From Candidatus Saccharimonadota bacterium (GTDB taxonomy: Bacteria > Patescibacteriota > Saccharimonadia > Saccharimonadales > UBA4665): a DNA stretch of 32,000 bases. The position numbers and the translations under genes were made by a program. The notes under the pieces are model-generated. The model was given only the letters and a program-made list of their open reading frames with translations, had not been told where the DNA came from and searched no databases. The stretch is from positions 1 through 32,000 of the forward strand of contig CP023991.1 in NCBI GenBank assembly GCA_003516025.1, in the 5' to 3' direction. Shown here in pieces: positions 1 to 8,638 of this stretch (position 1 is the stretch's first letter; each line of letters starts with the position of its first letter).

Positions 1-12
1 AGTCGCAGTGTA

Positions 13-1938
13 TTACTTCTTACGTGCTAAGCTTCGCACGGCTACCTGGCCAAAAATTTTACGGAAGCCGTAGCGGCGTTTGGCAAGCTTACCGTCGGGG
101 TTTTCAATATCCTCGTAGGCAATCGCCAACTGCTCATCGGAAATGGCGGGAGCTACCCACTGCTCGGGCCGGGTGATTGGCTCGGCAACGACAGGAAGTT
201 CATCAGGAGTGCTTTCAACAGTGTTCGGTATCCCCTCGTACTGGATCAGTAACTGGCCGTCAGCATCTATCAGCGGGTTTGGACCGTCGTTAGCCCGGGC
301 GCTGCGGCGAATGGCGGACTTATCAGCTTTCTTAAGGGATTTGAGAGCGTTCTGAGCTTCAACGGCAGCCTGGTCACGGGCAATCTGACGCAAAACATTG
401 GTCCTGAACTCCGCGAACTGGCTGCTGGAAGTTCCGTAATCTTTCATGATCTGGCGCTTCTCGGCGTCATTGAGGATGCCATATGGATTAGAGGGGTCGG
501 CATCCCGGTCAGCAGCATAGACACCTCGGAGGTGGACCGGCATAGAGTCGTCGATGTTGACGGCTAAATGCTGGCGTTCAAGCTTGCGGCGGTTAGGCCG
601 GATATTGCCATTCTTAACATTCACCTGCTGGTCGAGCAGGTCAGGTTTGCGGGCGCTGGCGTTCATAGCGATGCGTGCCCGGTGATAATCTTTGGCAGCT
701 TCAAGGGCTTCAGCCTCAGACAGGCCATTCTGCTTCCAGCGTTCTAACTGTGACCGGGTAAGCTTACCAAGGTCAGATGGCTTGCGGGCCAGGACGATCC
801 GCAGGCTTTCATTGAGGTCCGCGCGGCTAAGTGTCCAGGACTGCGGGTCGAGCCGGGCTTCAACGGTGCGCACCAGGAGCGGATCGAGGATGTTACCCTT
901 GCTATCGGCATACTGGGTAACCATCCGGTCATTTCCGCGGGCATCGGTAACTGGCAGACCCTTATCATTAAGTTCGACGACTTTTGATTCGAATATACGC
1001 TTTTTCATGGCGGCGTGGACCGAAGCCAGATCTTCCACGGAAGTTGGCGGCATTTCATCTAGTCCCTGCAGGGTCAGCATAATGTATTCAGCATCAGATA
1101 TCTTGCGGCTTTCAGGGTTGGTTGAGGCGGCAGTTTCCGTACTGTCCTGCTGTTCGGCTGACTGGTGAATGATCACCTCGGCTGTGCCGGCCGAGTGCTG
1201 GCCATGAGCCGCCTTGCGGTGAAGAGGCTGTGATTTTACGGGCTCCGAAATTACTTCGGCGCTACCACCGGTTGTAGCCGGCTGCGCAAGCATAGTGTTC
1301 ACGGCCCGGCCCTGGTCTATTGTGGCGACGCCCGATGTTGCCCGGCGGCGAGTCGGGTCTTTTGTAATAACTGGTGCCTGGGCGGCAGTAGCCGGTGGCA
1401 TGACTTTAGCGGATTCAACCGCTTCAGTAGATGCTACGGGTGGTGGTACCTTGCGGTAGTCGGCTTTTGGCTGGCGAGTGGGCTTCAGCGCCACGTTCAA
1501 CTGCAACCGGGAGCGGACATAATCCGTTATAGTCTGGTCGGTAGACGGGTCACGCGGGGTCGGCTCGGTTGCAAGGTAGGCCGCGATGTTTTCACGGTCG
1601 CGAATATACAAGTCATGGACATTGCCGGTTTTTAAGAAACGGCGGGCTCCAAGCTCGTGCTTATGGCGATACGTCCAGTGATCCGGTTCGGCTGCCTCGG
1701 AAATTTGTTTTGCCACAGCGGCATCAACCGTGCCGAGACCTTCGACCACGGCACCAGCTTCGGTGTCGGTGCCGGCAGTCATACGGCTTTTTATATCAGC
1801 CAGAGCCGGTAATTGCTCTACTGTTGGCACGAATAGGGGGTGCATGATTTGTTCAGCCAGTTGTTCGGCAGGCTCTACCTGCAGGGTTTCCTGTAGGGTC
1901 GGGTCGATTACTGGTATGTGGTTAAGCTGTTCGGTCAT
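13..1938 (-). CDS. hypothetical protein, 641 aa, soluble, with a Lys/Arg-rich C-terminal tail
   Basis: Long uninterrupted ORF. Overlapping plus-strand ORFs (143-355, 692-1168, 1569-1847) look like shadow frames. No hydrophobic segment or signal peptide. Last 25 aa (KLAKRRYGFRKIFGQVAVRSLARKK) hold 10 K/R. A sigma70-like promoter lies upstream at 1981-2009. No family recognised. Confidence 0.6.
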   Translation of the reverse strand: MTEQLNHIPVIDPTLQETLQVEPAEQLAEQIMHPLFVPTVEQLPALADIKSRMTAGTDTEAGAVVEGLGTVDAAVAKQISEAAEPDHWTYRHKHELGARRFLKTGNVHDLYIRDRENIAAYLATEPTPRDPSTDQTITDYVRSRLQLNVALKPTRQPKADYRKVPPPVASTEAVESAKVMPPATAAQAPVITKDPTRRRATSGVATIDQGRAVNTMLAQPATTGGSAEVISEPVKSQPLHRKAAHGQHSAGTAEVIIHQSAEQQDSTETAASTNPESRKISDAEYIMLTLQGLDEMPPTSVEDLASVHAAMKKRIFESKVVELNDKGLPVTDARGNDRMVTQYADSKGNILDPLLVRTVEARLDPQSWTLSRADLNESLRIVLARKPSDLGKLTRSQLERWKQNGLSEAEALEAAKDYHRARIAMNASARKPDLLDQQVNVKNGNIRPNRRKLERQHLAVNIDDSMPVHLRGVYAADRDADPSNPYGILNDAEKRQIMKDYGTSSSQFAEFRTNVLRQIARDQAAVEAQNALKSLKKADKSAIRRSARANDGPNPLIDADGQLLIQYEGIPNTVESTPDELPVVAEPITRPEQWVAPAISDEQLAIAYEDIENPDGKLAKRRYGFRKIFGQVAVRSLARKK

Positions 1939-1980
1939 AACATGAGTAATTATAGTTTTTGTTTTAGATTACTGATACGT

Positions 1981-2009
1981 AGTATAGCAAAAAACCTACG
2001 TTTTGTCAA
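1981..2009 (-). promoter_or_regulatory. sigma70-type promoter TTGACA-17-TATACT for the 641-aa gene
   Basis: Minus strand reads TATTGACAAAACGTAGGTTTTTTGCTATACT. The -35 is 2004-2009 and the -10 is 1981-1986, with an exact 17-nt spacer. It shares 12-nt and 10-nt blocks with the promoter at 3059-3087. Confidence 0.6.
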
Positions 2010-2045
2010 TAACTAGACAACAAATTAATAATTTAGCAATAACAC

Positions 2046-3047
2046 CTACGGCTGCGGGTTGCGGTCGCGCACACCGCTAATATACATAGCGCCAACACCG
2101 CCATACGCAAGCTGTTCGACGCCGCTAACAGGGATTTCTAGTTCAATAGCCGGTGCCGGTAGTGGATTACCGGAGCCCATCAGTGATCGATGCAGCGGGT
2201 TGGTGGCATCATAATCAATCTGAAAGACCTGGAGGTCCGTATCCCCTTCCCGGCCATTACGGAAGGATTTAAGGCTGTTTCCAGCTGTTCCCTGACCGGG
2301 GCCGGTTACGCCCGCGGACTGGTCGATGCCCTGTATAAAGCCGGCTTGCCATAATATAGCGGCGACACCGCCGACATAGTCGGTTGCATGCTTGAAGCCG
2401 TCGCTTCCCTGCGGAGCACCCACGATTTGATCACGGATAACATCAGCGCCCAGTAACTTTATGCGACCATCGCCTACATTGTAATTCTGCGCGGCCGTAT
2501 CGAGAGTTTGCTGTGCCAGGTCGGCATAATCGCCGCTGAAAGCATCCCAACGGTCGTGCGCTTCACGGCGGGGTATATTGTTCGAGAACGGCGCGGCTTC
2601 CTGCACGCCCTGACGTTTGCGGGCGCTGGACACGACCAGACCAAGCGTAGAAATAAGGCGATTGCTCACTTCCTGAACGTCTTCTTCGGCGCGGATTTCC
2701 GGCCGGCTCATGCCCCTGTTGCGTTCCACGCGGGCTTCGCGGATTTTAGTACGGACTACCGCTTCGTCGACATAAGGATGGGTTTCGCGGTACGAAGAAC
2801 CTTGACGGGCCCGGGCAGCCTGCGACTCATCGACACGTTTACGGATACTGGAGACTCCTGGACCGTCCGGCGCGCCATCTTTAGCGACGGTATCGCGAAC
2901 CTGTACGACAGTAGTGTCGATACCGCGTAGGATAGCACCACTCAGGCGCTGCAAGCGTTTTGGACCTTTTTGTTTATCGGCATTTGTACCGCCGGCTATG
3001 CGTTCGATGTCGGCGGAGCTTTTTCGAGGAGAGTTATTGTGGTTCAT
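2046..3047 (-). CDS. hypothetical protein, 333 aa
   Basis: Long ORF with a basic, low-complexity N-terminus and a Gly-rich C-terminal half. No TM segment and no recognised family. A consensus-like promoter lies 11 nt upstream of the ATG. Confidence 0.6.
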   Translation of the reverse strand: MNHNNSPRKSSADIERIAGGTNADKQKGPKRLQRLSGAILRGIDTTVVQVRDTVAKDGAPDGPGVSSIRKRVDESQAARARQGSSYRETHPYVDEAVVRTKIREARVERNRGMSRPEIRAEEDVQEVSNRLISTLGLVVSSARKRQGVQEAAPFSNNIPRREAHDRWDAFSGDYADLAQQTLDTAAQNYNVGDGRIKLLGADVIRDQIVGAPQGSDGFKHATDYVGGVAAILWQAGFIQGIDQSAGVTGPGQGTAGNSLKSFRNGREGDTDLQVFQIDYDATNPLHRSLMGSGNPLPAPAIELEIPVSGVEQLAYGGVGAMYISGVRDRNPQP

Positions 3048-3058
3048 AGATTATTCAT

Positions 3059-3087
3059 ATCATAGCAAAAAGGTAGTGTTTTGTCAA
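3059..3087 (-). promoter_or_regulatory. sigma70-type promoter TTGACA-17-TATGAT for the 333-aa gene
   Basis: Minus strand reads TATTGACAAAACACTACCTTTTTGCTATGAT. The -35 is 3082-3087 and the -10 is 3059-3064. The ATG follows 11 nt after the -10. It sits back to back with the tsaD -10 region. Confidence 0.6.
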
Positions 3088-3119
3088 TAGCTGGTGGAGG
3101 CGTGCTATGCTGGTAAGTA

Positions 3120-4181
3120 GTGAAAGTTTTAGGGATTGAGACCAGTTGTGACGAGACGGCGGCCGCGGTAGTTGAAGACGGCCGGATTCTGCATAGTAAC
3201 GTCGTGGCCAGCAGCATGGACCTGCATGCCCAGTACGGCGGCGTCGTGCCGGAAATTGCCGCGCGCAGCCACATTGAGGTGATTATGCCCGTCATCGAAC
3301 AGTCACTGGAAGAAGCCGCGGCGACCTGGGATGATATCGACGCCATCGCCGTTACGTACGGAGCCGGTTTGGGCGGCAGCCTGCTGATTGGCGTCTTGAC
3401 TGCCCGCACCCTGGCCATCGCCAAGCAAAAGCCACTGTACGCGATCAACCACGTCGAAGGACATTTATACGCCAACTTCTTAACGGGCACTTCCCTGCCC
3501 GGCTACGCTCTTCCGGCGTCGCAACCGGTTTTCCCTGTGCTTGGCCTGATCGTTTCCGGCGGACATAGCCAACTGGTCTATTTCCGCGACCATTTTGATT
3601 ACACCTTGCTCGGACAAACTCAGGACGATGCCATTGGTGAAGCTTTCGATAAGGTAGCTAAAATCCTCGGACTCCCCTACCCTGGCGGCCCGAGCGTATC
3701 AAAGAAGGCCCTGGAAGGTGATCCGTTTAAGTATTCTCTGCCCAAAGCCCGTCTAAACGGAAAATACGATTTTTCCTTTTCCGGACTTAAGACAGCGGTA
3801 CTCAGGTTAGCTCAGGAGCAGATTGGCGAGGACTTCACTTTCCCCTCCACTGCCCTGCCCGACCGCTTAAACGACCTACAAAAAGCTGATATAGCGGCCA
3901 GTTTTCAACGCGTAGCCGTGGAAACGGTAGTCGACAAAGCTGCTACGGCTTACGAAGAGTACGGGCCCAGAACCGTCATTATCGGCGGCGGCGTGGCCAG
4001 CAGCCCGGAACTGCGCCGGCAACTCAGCGGACGACTGCCCTTGCCTGTCAGCTATACCGATCCAAAGCTTTGTACTGACAACGGCGCTATGATTGCTACC
4101 CTTGGCTGTTACAAAGTTATGCTTGGCGCCGAGCCCGCCGACCCATACGCGCTTGATATCGCGCCGAATCTCTCGATGTAG
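3120..4181 (+). CDS. tsaD: tRNA N6-adenosine threonylcarbamoyltransferase TsaD
   Basis: N-terminus MKVLGIETSCDETAAAVV, metal-binding NHVEGHLYA, and GGVASSPELR near the C-terminus are typical of the Kae1/TsaD family. GTG start at 3120. TGcTATGCT (3103-3111) lies 8 nt upstream and there is no SD. Confidence 0.93.
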   Translation: MKVLGIETSCDETAAAVVEDGRILHSNVVASSMDLHAQYGGVVPEIAARSHIEVIMPVIEQSLEEAAATWDDIDAIAVTYGAGLGGSLLIGVLTARTLAIAKQKPLYAINHVEGHLYANFLTGTSLPGYALPASQPVFPVLGLIVSGGHSQLVYFRDHFDYTLLGQTQDDAIGEAFDKVAKILGLPYPGGPSVSKKALEGDPFKYSLPKARLNGKYDFSFSGLKTAVLRLAQEQIGEDFTFPSTALPDRLNDLQKADIAASFQRVAVETVVDKAATAYEEYGPRTVIIGGGVASSPELRRQLSGRLPLPVSYTDPKLCTDNGAMIATLGCYKVMLGAEPADPYALDIAPNLSM

Positions 4182-4212
4182 ATTACAAAATTATTAACTT
4201 ATTGCCCTGCCC

Positions 4213-4241
4213 TTGACAGGTGTTAGCATGAGCAGTATTCT
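4213..4241 (+). promoter_or_regulatory. sigma70-type promoter TTGACA-17-TATTCT ahead of a ~260-nt valS leader
   Basis: TTGACA at 4213-4218, a 17-nt spacer, and TATTCT at 4236-4241. No other comparable promoter lies before valS. Confidence 0.55.
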
Positions 4242-4379
4242 TGGGGTACCAAAACAAAAATGTTCGTCGTGTACATAGATTGCACAGTTCCAAAAAACCT
4301 TGCACATAGCTTGCAGACAACATTCGATCCGGTGAGCGGAAAAAGCGGTAAAGGGTATTAGACAAAGGGCTTTTCAGTG

Positions 4380-4430
4380 GTTTCACATGAAAAGGCTTAT
4401 GTTTAGTGCGTTTTTCGTTTCATGTGAAAC
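4380..4430 (+). promoter_or_regulatory. perfect 13-bp inverted repeat in the valS leader (hairpin or paired operator)
   Basis: GTTTCACATGAAA (4380-4392) and TTTCATGTGAAAC (4418-4430) are exact reverse complements separated by 25 nt. Each arm is itself near-palindromic and is followed by GCTTATG. Confidence 0.5.
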
Positions 4431-4501
4431 GCTTATGCTAGAAAAGCGTAGTTTAAGGTGTTAGACTAGGGTTAGTTGGTCTAAGGATAGGAAACAGGGA
4501 C

Positions 4502-7075
4502 ATGAAATTACCGAAGGTGTACGAGCCAGGCTTGTATGAAAACGATATTTACGCTTTATGGGAACGCAGCGAGGCTTTCAAGCCGAGCGGGGAAGGCGAC
4601 CCGTACGCTATCGTCATGCCGCCGCCCAACGCCAACGCTAATCTGCATATCGGCTATGAATTAACCGCGGCTCTGCAGGATATCGCGACCCGTTATCACC
4701 GCCTGAAAGGCGACAACACCTTGCTGTTGCCCGGTGCTGACCACGCCGGCTTTGAAACGCAATCTGTTTTTGAGAAACATTTGGCAAAAGAAGGGAAGAG
4801 CCGCTTTGATTTCTCCCGGGAAGAGCTCTACAACCAGATATGGGACTTCGTAGCCCTTAACAGAGGCAACTTCGAAAAACAAATGCGCCGTATGGGTGTT
4901 AGCTGCGATTGGAGCCGCTTTACGTTTACGCTCGACGACCGTGTCGTTAAACGGGCATACAAAACGTTCAAAAAGATGTGGGACGAAGATTTAGTTTACA
5001 GGGGTGAGCGCCTGGTTAACTTCTGTACGTTCCATGGAACCGCTTTTGCTGACATCGAGGTTGTCCATAAGGAAGAACCAGGCAAGCTATGGTACCTGAA
5101 ATATCCGTTAACCGATGGCAGCGGGGAACTGATTGTAGCCACCACCCGGCCGGAAACCATGTTCGGGGATACCGCGGTCGCCGTTCATCCGGACGACAAG
5201 CGCTACGCCAAATTCATCGGTAAGACCGTTAAGCTACCCCTGAGCAAGCGGGAAATCCCGGTAATCGCTGACGACTTCGTTGACCCGAAGTTCGGAACGG
5301 GCGCCGTAAAAATTACGCCAGCCCACGACCAAAACGACTACGAAGCAGGCAAGCGCCATGACTTACCAAAGATTACTGTTATCAGCACCGACGGCACCAT
5401 GAACGATGAAACACCGGAGGAGTACCGCGGATTAACAGTGGACGCTGCCCGCGGCAAGGTGGTCACAGAACTTACAGAGCAGGGGATTCTGGAAAAGACC
5501 GAAGAACACCACCACAGCGTAGGTCATTGTTATAAATGTGACAACGTTATTCAGCCGTTACTGCGCGACCAGTGGTTCATCGACATGCAACCGCTGGCTG
5601 CCGAAGCCATCAAAGCCCTGCAGGCTAATAAGATTACGTTTTACCCGGAAACTAAAAAGGACCAGTTGGTCTCCTACCTGGAAGGTCTGCACGATTGGAA
5701 CATCTCCCGGCAGATTGCCTGGGGTATCCCGATTCCGGCTTTCCAGAACGTCGATAATCCGGATGACTGGATTTATGACGAGCGGGTCGGGGAAGAACTG
5801 ATTACCATCGGCGACAAGACATACCACCGCGACCCCGACGTATTCGACACTTGGTTCAGCAGCAGCTCCTGGCCATACGCCACGCTTGGTTTTGAGTCTG
5901 ATAACGACCAGGACTTTAAAGACTTTTATCCGTTAGGCTTAATGGAAACCGGCGGCGAGATCCTCTACCCGTGGGTTTCACGCATGATTATGCTCGGACT
6001 GTATATAACCGGCGACATTCCGTTTAAGGAAGTCTACATACATGGGTATGTTATGGCCGAAGACGGTTCAAAAATGAGCAAGTCAATTGGCAACGTGGTC
6101 GACCCGCTACCTGTTATTGAACAGTATGGTTCCGACGCGCTGCGCATGGGCATCATTAGCGGCCGTAGTCCGGCAGTTAACCGGGGTTACGATACCCGCC
6201 GGGTTGAAGATGCCCGCAATTTTGCCAATAAACTGTGGAACGTCGCCCGCTTTATCGAAGATAGGGTAGGGGACGTATTCGCTGGTGCAGCTACCGCCGA
6301 ACCCGAAACAACCGCCGATCATTGGGTGTTGAGTAAATTACAACATACTATAAGATTGGTCAGCGATCACCTGGAGGAATACCGCTTTAGTGAAGCCTAC
6401 GAGGCGCTCTACCACTTCGTGTGGGACGATTTCGCGGACTGGTACATCGAGGCCAGTAAATCAGCACCGAATGCCGACCTGCTTGGCTACTGTCTGGAGG
6501 CGATATTAAAATTAGCCCACCCATTCGCGCCGTTTGTCACAGAAACTATCTGGCAGACGATCAACGACGACGACACCAGTGTTCTTGCTACGGCAACGTG
6601 GCCAAAGGCGGCTGATTTTGATAACAAGAAGGCGGCAGGATTTGAAGAAATTAAAGCTATTATCACTGAATCCCGTTTTATAACCGGCGTGCTGAAAGCG
6701 CAAGGTTCAACCCTGTACTACACGGACGTACCGGTATTAACAGAGAACGCGGCGCTAATAAGCCGAATGGCCCGTTTAGCGGCAGTCACCGAAGTAAAAG
6801 ATGGCACCGGGCTGTACCTCGTAGATACGAAATACAAGTGTTGGCTGGACATAGACGCGGCAACTGCCCGCGAATACCAGGGGCAGCTGGCTGAGAAGCG
6901 AACGGCCCAGGAGGCACTAATACAGCGCCTCGAGACCCGGTTAAGTAATAAGGGTTACGTAGACAACGCGCCCAAAAAGGTCGTTGAAGAGACGCGTCAG
7001 CAGCTCGTGGAAGCCCAGGACCAGCTGGAAAGCATCAAGACTGAATACGAGCGGTTCGGCAGCCAGGAAGCTTAA
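4502..7075 (+). CDS. valS: valine--tRNA ligase
   Basis: 857 aa. Class I HIGH-type motif PPPNANANLHIGY and KMSKS motif (GSKMSKSIGN). C-terminal coiled-coil typical of ValRS. A purine-rich AGGAAACAGGGA lies upstream of the ATG. Confidence 0.97.
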   Translation: MKLPKVYEPGLYENDIYALWERSEAFKPSGEGDPYAIVMPPPNANANLHIGYELTAALQDIATRYHRLKGDNTLLLPGADHAGFETQSVFEKHLAKEGKSRFDFSREELYNQIWDFVALNRGNFEKQMRRMGVSCDWSRFTFTLDDRVVKRAYKTFKKMWDEDLVYRGERLVNFCTFHGTAFADIEVVHKEEPGKLWYLKYPLTDGSGELIVATTRPETMFGDTAVAVHPDDKRYAKFIGKTVKLPLSKREIPVIADDFVDPKFGTGAVKITPAHDQNDYEAGKRHDLPKITVISTDGTMNDETPEEYRGLTVDAARGKVVTELTEQGILEKTEEHHHSVGHCYKCDNVIQPLLRDQWFIDMQPLAAEAIKALQANKITFYPETKKDQLVSYLEGLHDWNISRQIAWGIPIPAFQNVDNPDDWIYDERVGEELITIGDKTYHRDPDVFDTWFSSSSWPYATLGFESDNDQDFKDFYPLGLMETGGEILYPWVSRMIMLGLYITGDIPFKEVYIHGYVMAEDGSKMSKSIGNVVDPLPVIEQYGSDALRMGIISGRSPAVNRGYDTRRVEDARNFANKLWNVARFIEDRVGDVFAGAATAEPETTADHWVLSKLQHTIRLVSDHLEEYRFSEAYEALYHFVWDDFADWYIEASKSAPNADLLGYCLEAILKLAHPFAPFVTETIWQTINDDDTSVLATATWPKAADFDNKKAAGFEEIKAIITESRFITGVLKAQGSTLYYTDVPVLTENAALISRMARLAAVTEVKDGTGLYLVDTKYKCWLDIDAATAREYQGQLAEKRTAQEALIQRLETRLSNKGYVDNAPKKVVEETRQQLVEAQDQLESIKTEYERFGSQEA

Positions 7076-7935
7076 GCTTCCGGATTAGCCGGTTCCAGGG
7101 ACTCGCGTATGTGCGCGATGGTCTCATCAGGATGGAAATTGTCGCACCACAGGACGTGCCAGCCTAATTTATCCGCGGCCATAATGTTAGGGCGGGTATC
7201 ATCGATAAACAGAATTTCGTTGGCAGCGACGCCGGCCCGTTCCTGGGCTATTTCGTAGATACGCTTTTCTGGCTTGAGGGCACCGACCTCAGATGAATCA
7301 ATGATGACATCGTAATCAACGTCCGGCAGCATCCCCCGGGCGCGTAAAGCCAGGACCATACCCGGCGCGATATTGGTAAGCAAACCAATGCGGTAATGCC
7401 GGGCGGCCCAGGCGACCAGTTCGGCCATGCCTTCGATCGGTTCAACGGCATCAAGGTAATATGATTCCCAGTCGAATGAAGGGACGCCGAGTTTTTCGGC
7501 AAATTTCCGGTTGAATTCGTCCATAGTGATCGCGCCACGGCATATGTCGTCGTTATAAAGCCAGAAAGTTGATTCTGCTAAATCAGGTGAAACGCCTGTT
7601 TCTTCCGCTAATTTACTGAAGGCGCGGTGGAAGAAATACACCAGGCAGCCATTGACGTCAAAATATACGAAGCGGACGCCGTTTTTAGATATTGATTTGC
7701 CGTCAGCCGGCAAAACCGCCGGGGCGGGGGCTAAGCCCATGAGATTGTCGAGCGAGATACCAAGGGCCTGCGCGAGATGCTGGATAGTGAAAATAGAGGG
7801 GGATTTGATGGCGCCACGCTCAATTTTTGCCAGCGTAGAATAGCTGATGTTGGCCTTTTGGCACAGACTTTGCTGTGTTAGTCCTACCTTTTTGCGTGCG
7901 GCCTGCAGGCGCTTCCCCAACCCTATCTCGTCCAT
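7072..7935 (-). CDS. XRE-family HTH domain fused to a HAD-superfamily hydrolase-like domain
   Basis: N-terminal LGKRLQAARKKVGLTQQSLCQKANISYSTLAKIERG is an XRE HTH. The C-terminal part carries these HAD motifs:
- motif I variant: FVYFDVNGCLV
- motif II: LLTN
- Lys motif: ALKPEKRIY
- motif IV: LFIDDTRPN
GGAG lies 10 nt upstream of the ATG. Confidence 0.8.
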   Translation of the reverse strand: MDEIGLGKRLQAARKKVGLTQQSLCQKANISYSTLAKIERGAIKSPSIFTIQHLAQALGISLDNLMGLAPAPAVLPADGKSISKNGVRFVYFDVNGCLVYFFHRAFSKLAEETGVSPDLAESTFWLYNDDICRGAITMDEFNRKFAEKLGVPSFDWESYYLDAVEPIEGMAELVAWAARHYRIGLLTNIAPGMVLALRARGMLPDVDYDVIIDSSEVGALKPEKRIYEIAQERAGVAANEILFIDDTRPNIMAADKLGWHVLWCDNFHPDETIAHIRESLEPANPEA

Positions 7936-8034
7936 TACACTTCACTCCACTCGGTCATAGCCATATAATACCAGTTTTAGCATAAGTATTAAAGAGAACT
8001 AGCACGATATTACTACAACTTATTCTATCAGCGG

Positions 8035-8214
8035 CTAGAAATGAATGACGAACTTCAAAAAAGTGAATACGACAATAAAAAAAATGGTGCCGGCGACAGC
8101 AGCCAACGCGAAATTCGAGCCTGGGTTAGCATTGCCGTTGTTGCGGGCCAGGTACCCGTATACCCAGGCGGTAATACCGACAGCAATGATTAACGTAATA
8201 AACCAGGATGACAT
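8035..8214 (-). CDS. small two-TM membrane protein, 59 aa (below the ORF-track cutoff)
   Basis: Hand translation gives MSSWFITLIIAVGITAWVYGYLARNNGNANPGSNFALAAVAGTIFFIVVFTFLKFVIHF. GAGG lies 5 nt upstream of the ATG. The ORF starts 15 nt after the HIT gene stop on the same strand. The opposite-strand track ORF 8045-8233 has no signals. Confidence 0.45.
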   Translation of the reverse strand: MSSWFITLIIAVGITAWVYGYLARNNGNANPGSNFALAAVAGTIFFIVVFTFLKFVIHF

Positions 8215-8229
8215 AATAACCTCAGTGTA

Positions 8230-8622
8230 CTAAAACATAAGCTTTTTTGCTAATTCCGACAGAGCGGCGTGGTCCGGTTGGGAGTCCACGTCCGGTACGG
8301 CGCGGAATTCTGAGACCGTATGGAAGGGAATAAGGTGTACGTGGGCATGCGGTACATCAACACCGATAACCTGTTCGCCGACATATGGGACATCGAGAAC
8401 TTCACGGAGGCGGCGGGCGACTTTTTGAGCCGCATCCATAACAGAGCGATAATCATCGGCGGGTAAGTCCCATACGAATTCAACCTGCTTTTTGGGAATT
8501 ATGAGGGTATGGCCAGGCTGCACTGGGTGGATATCTAAAAAGGCCAGGACATATTCGTCTTCGTAAATTTTGTGGGCGGGGATGTCCCCCTTGACGATTT
8601 TGGTGAAAATACTGTCCTGCAT
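8230..8622 (-). CDS. HIT-family (Hint-like) nucleotide hydrolase
   Basis: From Met50 of the track ORF: MQDSIFTKIVKGDIPAHKIYEDEYVLAFLDIHPVQPGHTLIIPK, plus the histidine triad VPHAHVHLIP. The upstream 49-aa extension overlaps the divergent gene and the -10 box, so the start is set at 8622. Confidence 0.85.
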   Translation of the reverse strand: MQDSIFTKIVKGDIPAHKIYEDEYVLAFLDIHPVQPGHTLIIPKKQVEFVWDLPADDYRSVMDAAQKVARRLREVLDVPYVGEQVIGVDVPHAHVHLIPFHTVSEFRAVPDVDSQPDHAALSELAKKLMF

Positions 8623-8628
8623 ACCTAT

Positions 8629-8638
8629 ATTGTACAAT
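8629..8638. promoter_or_regulatory. palindromic ATTGTACAAT giving overlapping divergent -10 boxes
   Basis: TACAAT reads on plus at 8633-8638 and on minus at 8629-8634. ATG 8645 (plus) and ATG 8622 (minus) each lie exactly 6 nt beyond their hexamer, symmetric about 8633.5. Neither has an SD. Confidence 0.5.

Noticed and set aside
4240-4260. GGGGTACCAAAAC in the valS leader, superficially like the T-box GGGTGGTACCGCG core
   Set aside because: It sits immediately after the -10 box rather than at the 3' end of the leader. It lacks the conserved flanks. No specifier loop or antiterminator/terminator alternative could be drawn.
8045-8233. Plus-strand 62-aa track ORF
   Set aside because: It has no promoter or SD and an odd composition. 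The opposite strand carries a better-supported 59-aa two-TM ORF with a GAGG SD.
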